A stretch of DNA of 64,000 bases from Dipteris shenzhenensis. Lineage: Eukaryota. A model generated the notes under the pieces. The model made no database searches and had not been told where the DNA came from. It saw only the letters and a program-made list of their open reading frames with translations. Shown in pieces: positions 51,692 through 61,102 of this stretch; the stretch's first letter is position 1, and every line of letters begins with the position of its first letter. The DNA lies in NCBI GenBank assembly GCA_047967505.1, contig CM106538.1; one strand, written 5' to 3'. Position numbers and translations under genes: made by a program.

Positions 51692-51748
51692 CTTGGCACT
51701 CCCGGTGAATCGGATTCCGGATCCACATCCGAACCCACCGGTTCTCCG

Positions 51749-54097
51749 CTACGGTTCATCCTCGACGTCGCCACCGTCATCGTCCGCCGCCGCCGCTGCT
51801 GCCGCTGCCGCCGCCGGAACTGCTGGAGCCGCCAGCGCCGGTCGAAGTAAAGGTAGCTGCTGCGGGTTGAGAGCATGGGCATCCACAAAAATTTGGAGCT
51901 GTCCATAGAAAGGTGGTGCCGCCGCCCCCGCCTGCTGAGCTACTGCCGCCATCCGATGAATATAGCGGCATGCTGTCCGTAGGTCGACCAACAGAGCTGC
52001 TCTCTCAACATGACTCGTTCTCCGCAGCTGTTGTAGCTCCTCTTCATGCAGTCGGGTCTTCTCAGATAGAGCGAGTTCGAGATCGGTTACCCGCATAGTG
52101 CGATCTGCTTTCTTCGCCACACCATCCAGTCGTTTCATTACCCGCCCCAATTCCTTGGTTTGGGCACCTGTTGATTGTTCTGCCGTAGTAGCTCTGATCT
52201 TCAGCAAATCTGCCATGAGGCTCTTCACCTCAACTTCATGTTGATGGTGCTCTTCTTTCCGGGCGAGCTTGAGTGCCAACAGCTGAGATCTGGCATCGTC
52301 ACACTGCTGTTGCACCACCGCGACGTGTTCTTTCAGCTGCAAAAAGTGCCTTGCGTCAAAGGATTCCCCGTCCGCTGGCTCCGGAAAAGCTGCCACAAAA
52401 GCGGCTGCTGCGTCCGCTTGGGGTCGTGGCTTTATTGCGGGAACCTGTGCGATCTCGGGTCTTTTTCCTCTGGCCTTCGCTCGTCGGAGGGCTTCTTCCA
52501 GTTCGGCGATCCGTTTGACATAGCCTTCGGAAGAATCCACCGGTCCCGCCGCTGTCTGCTTCCCGAGAGTATTTGCCGATGTAGAACTTCCACCATTCAA
52601 TTGTGCTGCAGTTTCCGTCACCGGTACTGGTGGTAAAAATGCTGTTCCTGCGCCCCCTCCCGCCGGATCATCCTCATCCCTCCAGGCCAACCGTCGATCG
52701 AGAGGCCTGCAAGCCCGCTCCAGCTCTACTCGCAATTGACGTTGATGATCAAGAAAAATACCCTGCATCTCTGCGACGAAGGCTTCCGATAAATCCAACA
52801 AAAGTGCCTCGTCCAGCATGCGTGTAGAGCTAGAGGGTTGCCGGTACGCCATCACTTCCGCTTCCAACAACTGCACCCTGGCGGTCGCAGTTGTAGCCTT
52901 CTCCGTCAATTGTTCCGTCAGCCGCAGGTGTTCTTGAGTTTGGGCGACAATCGCCGTCCTTGCTTCCTCCATATCCTGCTGTCGCCGTGCATCCATCTGT
53001 TGGAATCGTAACAACTGCTCCTGCAGCTGTTGATTGCGTTCGAGCAGCCTGGCATTTTCCTGGCGCAACCTCGCCTCATTCTCCTCCAGCTGCCCCTTCT
53101 GAAAACATTGGAGCAAGCGCTCCGCCAACCGTCGTGCCGTGACCAGATCATAGGTCTCCACCGGCGGAGATAGCTGCAGCTCACCACTCCCCCTTGGGAC
53201 TACACGGGTTTCCTCCTGACATGCCTGTCTCCCCGAACTGTCCTCCCGAGTGTGGACTGAGCTTTCCCCTGGCAAGGCCTCCGCTTCCGGGCGGGTTTTC
53301 TTCAACATTGCTCCGTCCGGCACAAGAGCCAACTTTCTTTTCAATAAACTGGCCATGCGGCTCGATGTTGCTGAGACCGCTGGCCTACTCCTCTGGCTGC
53401 CCTGTGGAACTTCTGCCGGAACCACCACCGCAGGTACTACCGCCGTAACCTCCACCGCAGGTACTACCGGAGTCACCTGGTTCCTTGGCATCAGAGCTCC
53501 CTCCGTTGTTGATCTTGCTGGTTCCACCTCCTTGGACTCCTTGTCCGAAGCATCGTCTGTGGACTCCTCCACCTCCACATACGACCCTGGGACTACCGGT
53601 TCCGCATCTGGTCCGAACAAAAGAAATAAGACTTGCCCCATCCGGGATGTTGCCGTTGGCTTCAAGAGCTTCTTGGCCACCTCCAGAATTCTGTCCGCCA
53701 TCAGCTTCGCCCAGGGAACCGGTTTCCCTTGCTCCGCCCTCTGGAAATAGGTAAACTGGGTCTGTCCCAATAGCTCTGCTTTCACCTTCTGCCAGAGTGC
53801 CTCCGCAATAAACTTGTAGCATGTCTTCTTCGAAGCATCCAGCTTCTTCATGTTGTACTCCCCCTTGCAACCTGCGCCGAGAGCTGCCTCCATGGCACTG
53901 CTGGTAAGCTTCGTGACTTTGCATGGACCATCCACCGGCAAGTGCAACCGGGCCGCTACCAGCTCCTTGCACAAGGTGAAAGTCTTTCCATACACCACGA
54001 CCTTGCGCCCGCGTGCAAGCTGCGCCAAGATATCTTGCGCCAATGGATGAACTGGTGTCGTAGCCCATGGCAAACCCGCGAACTCCACCAGACGAGT
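51749..54097 (-). CDS. Extra 3' ORF of element Y (accessory/env-position protein with long coiled-coil-like regions)
   Basis: ~780 open codons in the pol frame. The N-terminal motifs VYGKTFTLCKELVAARLHLPVDG and PVPWAKLMADRI resemble Athila-ORF1-type accessory domains. No obvious transmembrane segment. Confidence 0.8.
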   Translation of the reverse strand, partial: TRLVEFAGLPWATTPVHPLAQDILAQLARGRKVVVYGKTFTLCKELVAARLHLPVDGPCKVTKLTSSAMEAALGAGCKGEYNMKKLDASKKTCYKFIAEALWQKVKAELLGQTQFTYFQRAEQGKPVPWAKLMADRILEVAKKLLKPTATSRMGQVLFLLFGPDAEPVVPGSYVEVEESTDDASDKESKEVEPARSTTEGALMPRNQVTPVVPAVEVTAVVPAVVVPAEVPQGSQRSRPAVSATSSRMASLLKRKLALVPDGAMLKKTRPEAEALPGESSVHTREDSSGRQACQEETRVVPRGSGELQLSPPVETYDLVTARRLAERLLQCFQKGQLEENEARLRQENARLLERNQQLQEQLLRFQQMDARRQQDMEEARTAIVAQTQEHLRLTEQLTEKATTATARVQLLEAEVMAYRQPSSSTRMLDEALLLDLSEAFVAEMQGIFLDHQRQLRVELERACRPLDRRLAWRDEDDPAGGGAGTAFLPPVPVTETAAQLNGGSSTSANTLGKQTAAGPVDSSEGYVKRIAELEEALRRAKARGKRPEIAQVPAIKPRPQADAAAAFVAAFPEPADGESFDARHFLQLKEHVAVVQQQCDDARSQLLALKLARKEEHHQHEVEVKSLMADLLKIRATTAEQSTGAQTKELGRVMKRLDGVAKKADRTMRVTDLELALSEKTRLHEEELQQLRRTSHVERAALLVDLRTACRYIHRMAAVAQQAGAAAPPFYGQLQIFVDAHALNPQQLPLLRPALAAPAVPAAAAAAAAAADDDGGDVEDEP

Positions 54098-57000
54098 TCA
54101 TGTCAGCCAAGACTGCACAGCCTCATCCCCAACAGGTAACGGATTGATCAGATGGAAGACCACCATAGCGGCGAGAAGCTGGGATGCGAGGGAGAAGAGT
54201 TCTGGAAAACAAAGAGTTGGAAATAAGCCCCCTTTTGCTTCCAAATTGCCTTTTGGATGCCCTGGTGAACTCCTTGTTTGCATGCAACGATCAAGTGTCC
54301 CATCATCTTGATAAAAGCCGCACTTCGAAGATTCAGTAGATTGCATGGCGGCGTCCTCGCTCCGCAACACGAAGCTTTGCTCCCACCGTTTCTCGGAATA
54401 AAGTGAGTGATACCACACGTGCGTACTAATAGCCCCCATCATCGGTTTCTCCACCGAAATGGCTATAAATGCAGTTGAAATGATCATCACAGGTGGTATC
54501 TCCGGAAATGGGTAAGGTGGCATGGGCCCTGTATATGGTCGGAGACGAAATCCATTTACCGGCTTCTGCAACAGCTCCCCCTGTAGTGTTCCTAATCGGA
54601 ACGTGCCGTCACCATAACGCTCCACCACCCAATACGGACCTCCCCACCGTAACTTCAGCTTACCCGGATGCGGACCCATCCGAGTGTTAAACAATATCCC
54701 GGCATCTCTCCGTTTGAAGGTCTTCTTGTTTGAATGACGGTCCACCCAGACCTTCCGTCTGTCCTGGACTACCTGTGCAAGATACGCACTGTTGAACCGC
54801 TCCTCACCCAGCCGATCCAGCTGTTCAATCCTCCGGTCTACGGACTCGTCCCAGCCCAATTTCTCTGCCGCTGCAATCCGCAGACTCGGTACTAGGAATT
54901 CCATGGGGACCACTGCTTCAACTCCGTAAACCAACTTGAATGGCGTGAACCCCGTCGCAACCTTATAGGAAGTCCGGAACGCCCATAATGCGGAGTAAAG
55001 TTTTTCATCCCAATCTGTCCGATTTTCATTGACCAGCTTTTTCAGAATGACTAGCAACACCTTATTCGAGGACTCCGCCTGTCCGTTTGCCTGAGGGTAA
55101 TACACTGTGGACTTCTTATGAATGATTAGGTGCCGGGTAACCAGTTCCCGTAACACCGCATTAAGGAAATGCCCACCTTGATCCGTGACGAGCTCAACCG
55201 GACATCCATACCGTGTCATAATGGCTTCGTAAAGGAATCTGGCCACAGCCTTTGCCGAATTATCCTTCAGTGCTCTGGCCTCCACCCATTTGGTACAGTA
55301 ATCCGTCGCCACCAGGATATACCGGTTACCTATCCTCCGCGCCGGCGGCGAAAACGGACCTACAAAGTCCAGCCCCCACTTCATGAACGGTTCGAGGGCC
55401 AGTATGGGATTATGCGGCATCCGGTCCCGACCTGATGGCTGGCCCAACCTCTGGCACACATCGCATCTTTTGACGAACCTATGCGCATCCCCCATTAATG
55501 TTGGCCACCACAGACCTCCTTGGAGTACCTTCCGTCCGGTTACTTCTCCTGCGAAGTGTCCACCGCTGATTCCTTGGTGAGCCTCTTCCAGGATGACCTC
55601 CTGCTCATGTGGGTACACACACCGTCGCAACACACCATCTAGCCCCTGCTTATACAATTGGTCAGCAATGATCCGGAAGTCTCTGCTCTTGAGCGCGAGC
55701 CGTTTCCGCTGGTCTCGCGACATTCCGTCCCGCATCTGGCCCGTGTCGACAAAGTGAAACATGTCGTCGTACCACGTCTTTGGAGCTGCCGGTACCACCG
55801 CCTCCAGTTCGAACAGCTGGGCATCCGGAAAATCGTCTTCCACACCCATCGGGTCTTCGCCAGATTCCAACCGGGAAAGGTAATCCGCTACGGCATGTGT
55901 ACTTCCTGGTCGATGGACCACCGTGAAGTCGAACTCCTGTAAAAGCAGCATCCACCGGGCCAACTTTCCAGTGAGCTCGGGCTTGTGTACCAAATACAAC
56001 AAGGCGGAATGATCCACATGAAACGTGAACCGATTCCCCAACAGGTAGTGACGAAACTTTGTTACGGAATAAATCATCCCCAATGCTTCCCGCTCCGTCG
56101 TAGAGTAATTCCGTTCGGCTTTTGACAACCTGCGACTTGCATAATACACCGGTCGGAACCACTTGCTTGTCGCTTCCTGCATGAGGACACTACCAATAGC
56201 CACGTCCGAGGCATCCACGAAGACATGAAACATCTTCGTCCAATCTGGCGGCTGAACCACCGGTGTTGTCGCCAACATCAGTTTGAGCCGTCGAAAAGCT
56301 AAGTCACAAGCAGGAGACCAGACTACCGGTACTTTGTTGAGTTGGTCATACAGTGGTGTCACCACATCCGCCAGATACCGCAGCATTCGGCTGTGCCATT
56401 TAACCTGCCCTAGGAATCTCCCGAGCTGCTTACCGTTGCCAGGAACCTTTGCCTGCCGAATCGCTTCGACCTTCGCCGGATCTACCGCAATGCCTTCCAC
56501 CGAGACAATGCAACCCAGCAGCATACCGCTGCCCACGGCGAATGCACATTTCATAGGGTTCAGACACAACCGTGCCTCCCTACACCGGGTTAAGCATTTC
56601 TTCAGATGCTCAAGGTGCTGCTCGCGACTCCCAAAAACACTGAAATCGTCCAGAAATACCTGCATAAAGATTAGTAAATAATCATGAAATATTTCTTGGA
56701 CCATGCGTTGAAATGTTGCCGGAGCATTCTTTAGCCCAAATGCCATCACCAGGAAAACAAATGCTCCCCACTCCGTGATGAAGGCTGTTTTCTCTCGATC
56801 TTCTGGTGCCATCTGCACCTGGTTATACCCACTGAAGCCATCCAGAAAAGAATACATCTCGTGACCTGCCACTGTATCCAGCATAGTATCATTAAACGGC
56901 AAGGGAAACGGATCCGTAATTGTCGCCGCGTTAAGCTTTCTGTAGTCAACACAGACCCGCAACTTCAAATTCTTTTTCGGAACAATCACTATTGGCGAAA

Positions 57001-59914
57001 GCCACGTTGCACGGTCAACCGGATAGATAAACCCGACCTTTAGCAGCCTGTCCAGCTCCTCCTTCACCCTCTGGGCATAGTTCGGGTTCATTCTATACCG
57101 TTGTTGCCGAACCGGTATCGCATCCTTCTGCAGATTGATCCTGTGCTGATAGAATTTGGGATCGATGCCGAGCAAATCTGTGTAGTCCCAGGCGAACACG
57201 TCTTTGAAGGATTTCAGCAATGTCTCCAATTTTCCCCGAAATCCTTTATCGAGCTTCGCACTGACACGGACGTTCTTTGGCTCCTCCTCCGTCCCGAGGT
57301 TAAGATCCAGCAGCTCGTCTTCTTTGACCCTCCGCGAGCGACGGAGTTCCTGCTCGAAAACTCTTTCCGCCTCCGCCACTCCCGCTTCGTCCGGCATGTC
57401 TCCTGTGCCTTCCGGTAGACTCCCTTCGACTGGTTCTTTCGTGGAACTGGATGACTCCTGCGTAGCCGAGGGAATCTGATGCTGATATTGCTTTAAAACG
57501 GCAACCACATCGACCTCGAACAAGCTTACCAGCTCCGTATTCCTGCTGAAGTAGTCATCCTCCTCTTCGACCCCCATTCCGTCCATCATATGGATACCTT
57601 CCGCCATCGTCGGTCGGAATGGTGTCCTCAGCCCTTGTTTGGTATGTACCGAGAGCTTCAGCTTCTTTTTTCCTTTCCGAATGGTGATGCGGTCTGATTG
57701 CCAGTCTTGTTTCACACGGGCCTGCCGCAACCACGGTCTTCCGAGCAATAACGGGTATGACCCGCTAATATCCTCCATCCGGAGAATCACCGCAACGATT
57801 TCGAACTTCACGCCGCAAACCTCCATTTTCAATCCACGGAGCAATCCTAACGGCTGCACTCTCCGTTGGTCTGCCATCCGAACGGCGAAGGGTGCTGATT
57901 CCCATTTTGTGATACCCAATGGCACCAGCATTTGTTCGGACAGGATGTTAACCCCAGACCCTCCGTCCAGCAACACCCCTCCCACACGGCTGTTCTCCAG
58001 TGTTACGAAAATTACCGGGACCGCTTCGTCAAAAACAGGAGGCTGTACTTCCGCTTCAGGCTTTGCAGATCCGTCTGACGACACTTCCATTGTTACCGCT
58101 TCCATCTCCGACTCCATCGCCCTGACTGGTTCCGTCAATTGTTTGATGAGAGAACTCCGGAAATTGGGTACCAATGCTAACAATTGCTCCATTGTCATGT
58201 GTATTTGCTGTTTCCGCAAATCCTGCCATAAATCATATGGTTCAACACCCTCCTCGCCGGTCATCAGGCTGTCCTTCTGACTGGTAGGTAGACAAGTCGC
58301 TTCTGGCTGCTCTCCTTGCAGGCGCCTTGCCACCTTCGCACCATTCTCCGTCACCGAGACTGCCTTTTCCGTGCTCGGCCTAGGTAACACCGTTGGGGTT
58401 TGCTGGACCCATTCACCGACCGTCGACCGCACCTTTTGTTGTGCCTGCCAGTCCAACGCCGTAGGTCTCCCCTTCTCTTGCTGGGCCTTGTATTCCCGCA
58501 CCTTTTCTTGGGATCGTGTGACCACGAGCACATCTCCGCTCGCACTTCCTCCCACTTTGCCTTCAACAGGGACACCCGCCGGTACTTCCGGTACTTCGGA
58601 CTTCGGACTAGGCTCCTTGCTATCCTGTTGCTGACTGGCATCATCGCATTCAATAATCAGAACCGCATTTACTGCTGGTGCGGACTTGCCTTCTCCGGAT
58701 CCCCGGGTTGCTTCCCTTTCCGCCTTGTGGCGCTTGAATAATTCGCAATCTACCTTTCGATGTCCGGGTTGATTGCAATAAAAACATAGGAACGTCCGTT
58801 CCCCTGCTGGTTCATCTGCACCTGTTCCAGCCGTTCTCGGCCGCCAAGGTCTTTTCGTCGGTGCGGCTGGTACCGCGGTTGGTGCTGCGGCTAGTGCCGC
58901 AACTACCGCCGCCACCGCTGGTGTCGGGGCTATTCGTGCGTTATAGCGGCAGATCTCCGTGGTATGCGTCGCTGTTTGGCAAATCGCACACCACCGCTCA
59001 TTCAAACCGCATTCCTCTGCTAAGTGTCCTGCATTCCGGCACCGATTACACCAAGTATCCTTGCGAACTTTTGAAGAGGACCCTATTCCACTATCCCGGC
59101 TTTTGGCTCCGGCAGCAGATCCTTCCGGAAATGACTTCCCTGCCGCTTTTCCAACCTTCCGCCTCATGGAACGTTTGTCCTCCTCCTCATCCGACTGATC
59201 CGACTCCTCCTCATTATCGGTATCGGAGTCTCCCTCAGCCTCCTCATACTTCACTTTTCCTTTCCTTCCCTTGGAAGTAAACAGAACTTGTTCCGCACTC
59301 ACCGCTGCTTGGACGACTTCTTCCAATGAAAGAGCTTCCAGATCCAACGATGCCAGGGACCTTTTCAATCCTTTATTCAGCCCCTCCATGAAGTAAGCAT
59401 TTTGGATGGGGACTGCCGGGGTAGTTGTTGCATCGAGGCGGCGGATCAACGACCGAAACCTGGCCGCATACGCCTCCACTTCTTGGTTCTTCTGTTCCAG
59501 TTTCCCCAGTTTGGCCAGGACATGAACACGGGTCTTGTCCTCCCGAAATCGGAGCAAAAAGGCATCCCGCAGTAGATCAAACGTGGCGAAATGGGTAGCT
59601 CCATATTGCGCGATCCATACTGCCGCCTGCTTCTGCAGTGTCGGGATGAAAGTCGCCATCTTCATAAGATCTGTCGCCTGCACTGGTGGAGCCGTATTCA
59701 CCATCCATGCCATCTCAAATGACAGTATATGTGCATCCGCATCCTCCTTATCCCGTCCCGAAAACTTGGGGTACTTCACCGTCATCCTGGGTACCAGTGG
59801 TGGAATAGCCGCGCTACTTACCGCCGAAACTCCACCCCCGCCTCCGCCTCCACCGCCTCCACCTCCCCTACCGGGATCTGGTGACGGACCTGGGGCTCCG
59901 CTTCCTGCAGGCAC
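54098..59914 (-). CDS. gag-pol: Uninterrupted Gag-Pol polyprotein of element Y
   Basis: 1938 codons: gag with three CCHC knuckles, PR (LLDGGSGVNIL), RT, RH (VDASDVAIG), INT (HHCC, WGLDFVGP, GPY). The first in-frame ATG is at 59785. Confidence 0.95.
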   Translation of the reverse strand: MPAGSGAPGPSPDPGRGGGGGGGGGGGGVSAVSSAAIPPLVPRMTVKYPKFSGRDKEDADAHILSFEMAWMVNTAPPVQATDLMKMATFIPTLQKQAAVWIAQYGATHFATFDLLRDAFLLRFREDKTRVHVLAKLGKLEQKNQEVEAYAARFRSLIRRLDATTTPAVPIQNAYFMEGLNKGLKRSLASLDLEALSLEEVVQAAVSAEQVLFTSKGRKGKVKYEEAEGDSDTDNEEESDQSDEEEDKRSMRRKVGKAAGKSFPEGSAAGAKSRDSGIGSSSKVRKDTWCNRCRNAGHLAEECGLNERWCAICQTATHTTEICRYNARIAPTPAVAAVVAALAAAPTAVPAAPTKRPWRPRTAGTGADEPAGERTFLCFYCNQPGHRKVDCELFKRHKAEREATRGSGEGKSAPAVNAVLIIECDDASQQQDSKEPSPKSEVPEVPAGVPVEGKVGGSASGDVLVVTRSQEKVREYKAQQEKGRPTALDWQAQQKVRSTVGEWVQQTPTVLPRPSTEKAVSVTENGAKVARRLQGEQPEATCLPTSQKDSLMTGEEGVEPYDLWQDLRKQQIHMTMEQLLALVPNFRSSLIKQLTEPVRAMESEMEAVTMEVSSDGSAKPEAEVQPPVFDEAVPVIFVTLENSRVGGVLLDGGSGVNILSEQMLVPLGITKWESAPFAVRMADQRRVQPLGLLRGLKMEVCGVKFEIVAVILRMEDISGSYPLLLGRPWLRQARVKQDWQSDRITIRKGKKKLKLSVHTKQGLRTPFRPTMAEGIHMMDGMGVEEEDDYFSRNTELVSLFEVDVVAVLKQYQHQIPSATQESSSSTKEPVEGSLPEGTGDMPDEAGVAEAERVFEQELRRSRRVKEDELLDLNLGTEEEPKNVRVSAKLDKGFRGKLETLLKSFKDVFAWDYTDLLGIDPKFYQHRINLQKDAIPVRQQRYRMNPNYAQRVKEELDRLLKVGFIYPVDRATWLSPIVIVPKKNLKLRVCVDYRKLNAATITDPFPLPFNDTMLDTVAGHEMYSFLDGFSGYNQVQMAPEDREKTAFITEWGAFVFLVMAFGLKNAPATFQRMVQEIFHDYLLIFMQVFLDDFSVFGSREQHLEHLKKCLTRCREARLCLNPMKCAFAVGSGMLLGCIVSVEGIAVDPAKVEAIRQAKVPGNGKQLGRFLGQVKWHSRMLRYLADVVTPLYDQLNKVPVVWSPACDLAFRRLKLMLATTPVVQPPDWTKMFHVFVDASDVAIGSVLMQEATSKWFRPVYYASRRLSKAERNYSTTEREALGMIYSVTKFRHYLLGNRFTFHVDHSALLYLVHKPELTGKLARWMLLLQEFDFTVVHRPGSTHAVADYLSRLESGEDPMGVEDDFPDAQLFELEAVVPAAPKTWYDDMFHFVDTGQMRDGMSRDQRKRLALKSRDFRIIADQLYKQGLDGVLRRCVYPHEQEVILEEAHQGISGGHFAGEVTGRKVLQGGLWWPTLMGDAHRFVKRCDVCQRLGQPSGRDRMPHNPILALEPFMKWGLDFVGPFSPPARRIGNRYILVATDYCTKWVEARALKDNSAKAVARFLYEAIMTRYGCPVELVTDQGGHFLNAVLRELVTRHLIIHKKSTVYYPQANGQAESSNKVLLVILKKLVNENRTDWDEKLYSALWAFRTSYKVATGFTPFKLVYGVEAVVPMEFLVPSLRIAAAEKLGWDESVDRRIEQLDRLGEERFNSAYLAQVVQDRRKVWVDRHSNKKTFKRRDAGILFNTRMGPHPGKLKLRWGGPYWVVERYGDGTFRLGTLQGELLQKPVNGFRLRPYTGPMPPYPFPEIPPVMIISTAFIAISVEKPMMGAISTHVWYHSLYSEKRWEQSFVLRSEDAAMQSTESSKCGFYQDDGTLDRCMQTRSSPGHPKGNLEAKGGLFPTLCFPELFSLASQLLAAMVVFHLINPLPVGDEAVQSWLT

Positions 59915-60353
59915 ACCACCCCCCGTCTCCTGGGACTCGGTGGTGGGGAATTCCGCAACGGTGACGCTTCGTCTTCCGGAGGAGTACTTGTTAAATCGAA
60001 CGGGCTACTGCGTCCGGAGGATTCGCCTTCCTCCTGAACACCGGAAACGACTGGACCGTCCTCTCCTGGGATCAGCGGAGGTGTGTCAGAGCGGCTACTA
60101 CTCTCACTATCCGTGAAGAAGCCGAAGAGAAGATCACGTTGAGCCACATATCTGTCATGCCGTTCCTCGCGGGTTGTACGTGCCGATACTGGAGTTGCAG
60201 GCTGCCGAGGCCGTTCCGGAGAGCGCGATGTTCCCCCTGGCGCACTCCCAGCGTCATTCATGCGCTAGTCCACGCACCGAGGAATCAGAGTATTACAGAT
60301 GGGGAGCATCCAACCTCTCCGGGGTATCCACCGCGACAAACATGGAAATCTTC

Positions 60354-60364
60354 CGTGGTCGCCA
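60354..60364 (-). other. Primer-binding site of element Y (probably tRNA-Arg)
   Basis: TGGCGACCACG lies 3 nt inside the 5' LTR and is complementary to a tRNA 3' end ...GUGGUCG-CCA. The isotype is assigned from memory. Confidence 0.8.
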
Positions 60365-60367
60365 AAG

Positions 60368-60841
60368 TGTTAGCCCTCTCTACTCTGAAGACTAACTCGA
60401 AACGCACTACTGCGACAGATTTACATGCGTAATCGTACTTCAGAACTGCGTATGAAAATTCATAGAGTAGAACAGTGATCGACAGAATCATTCATGATAA
60501 AACAATAAGGTAGATGCAATAGAATCTCTGTATTACATTTCTCTGAGCAGTACAACACCGTACTCTCTGATACATAGCACTGATCCTTGCTCCGATCCTC
60601 ATCAATGAGCCCCCTGAATGATCGCTCTCTTCTCTCTTATCTAACCGGCACACATAACTCCTTCACGGTTGCCGTGACGGTTGCCGCGCCTATTCAGTTC
60701 TCCGCCTAGTCCTAGAACTTCCGTCTTTTCATATCTCACTATAAACTAGATACAACGTATTAATGATAATGATCTAAGGACTAATGATCTAAGGACTCCC
60801 CCCCTAGTTCCTCTTTGCTGTTGCTGCTTTTGCCCTTAACA
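60368..60841 (-). repeat. 5' LTR of element Y
   Basis: On the minus strand it is followed by CTT and then the PBS. Confidence 0.97.
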
Positions 60842-61102
60842 TACGACAAGGGGGATCAATCGACATTTCGAGAAGAAAATCAGGGAGCACCTTCTTTCAA
60901 TACAGCTTTTACAGTTTTATATATGGTCCTGTTATTCCTGCACCGTAAAAGGAACGTTCAGAGTATTACATATTTGGGAGTTTAGTGTGCAGGAGAAAGA
61001 AAAACAGGAAAGCAAAATAGAAAAGAGGTGTATATATATTTTATTTGGGTTCTAGAAAAGACTGTTTTTTTTTTTTTTAAAACCATTTTCCCTTTTTAAA
61101 CT

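Larger units (their letters stand above)
51218..60841 (-). mobile_element. Young full-length non-chromovirus Ty3/Gypsy element with extra 3' ORF (element Y, 9624 bp)
   Basis: 474-bp LTRs with TGTTA...TAACA ends and a perfect TSD TACGA (51213-51217 and 60842-60846). RT motifs LDGFSGYNQ and FLDDF. No chromodomain or additional RNase H. Confidence 0.97.

Noticed and set aside
53385-54110. 241-aa Gly-rich ORF whose ATG overlaps the pol stop (ACATGA), resembling termination-reinitiation
   Set aside because: Low complexity with no motif. Most simply a shadow frame of the GC-rich extra ORF, though not formally excluded.
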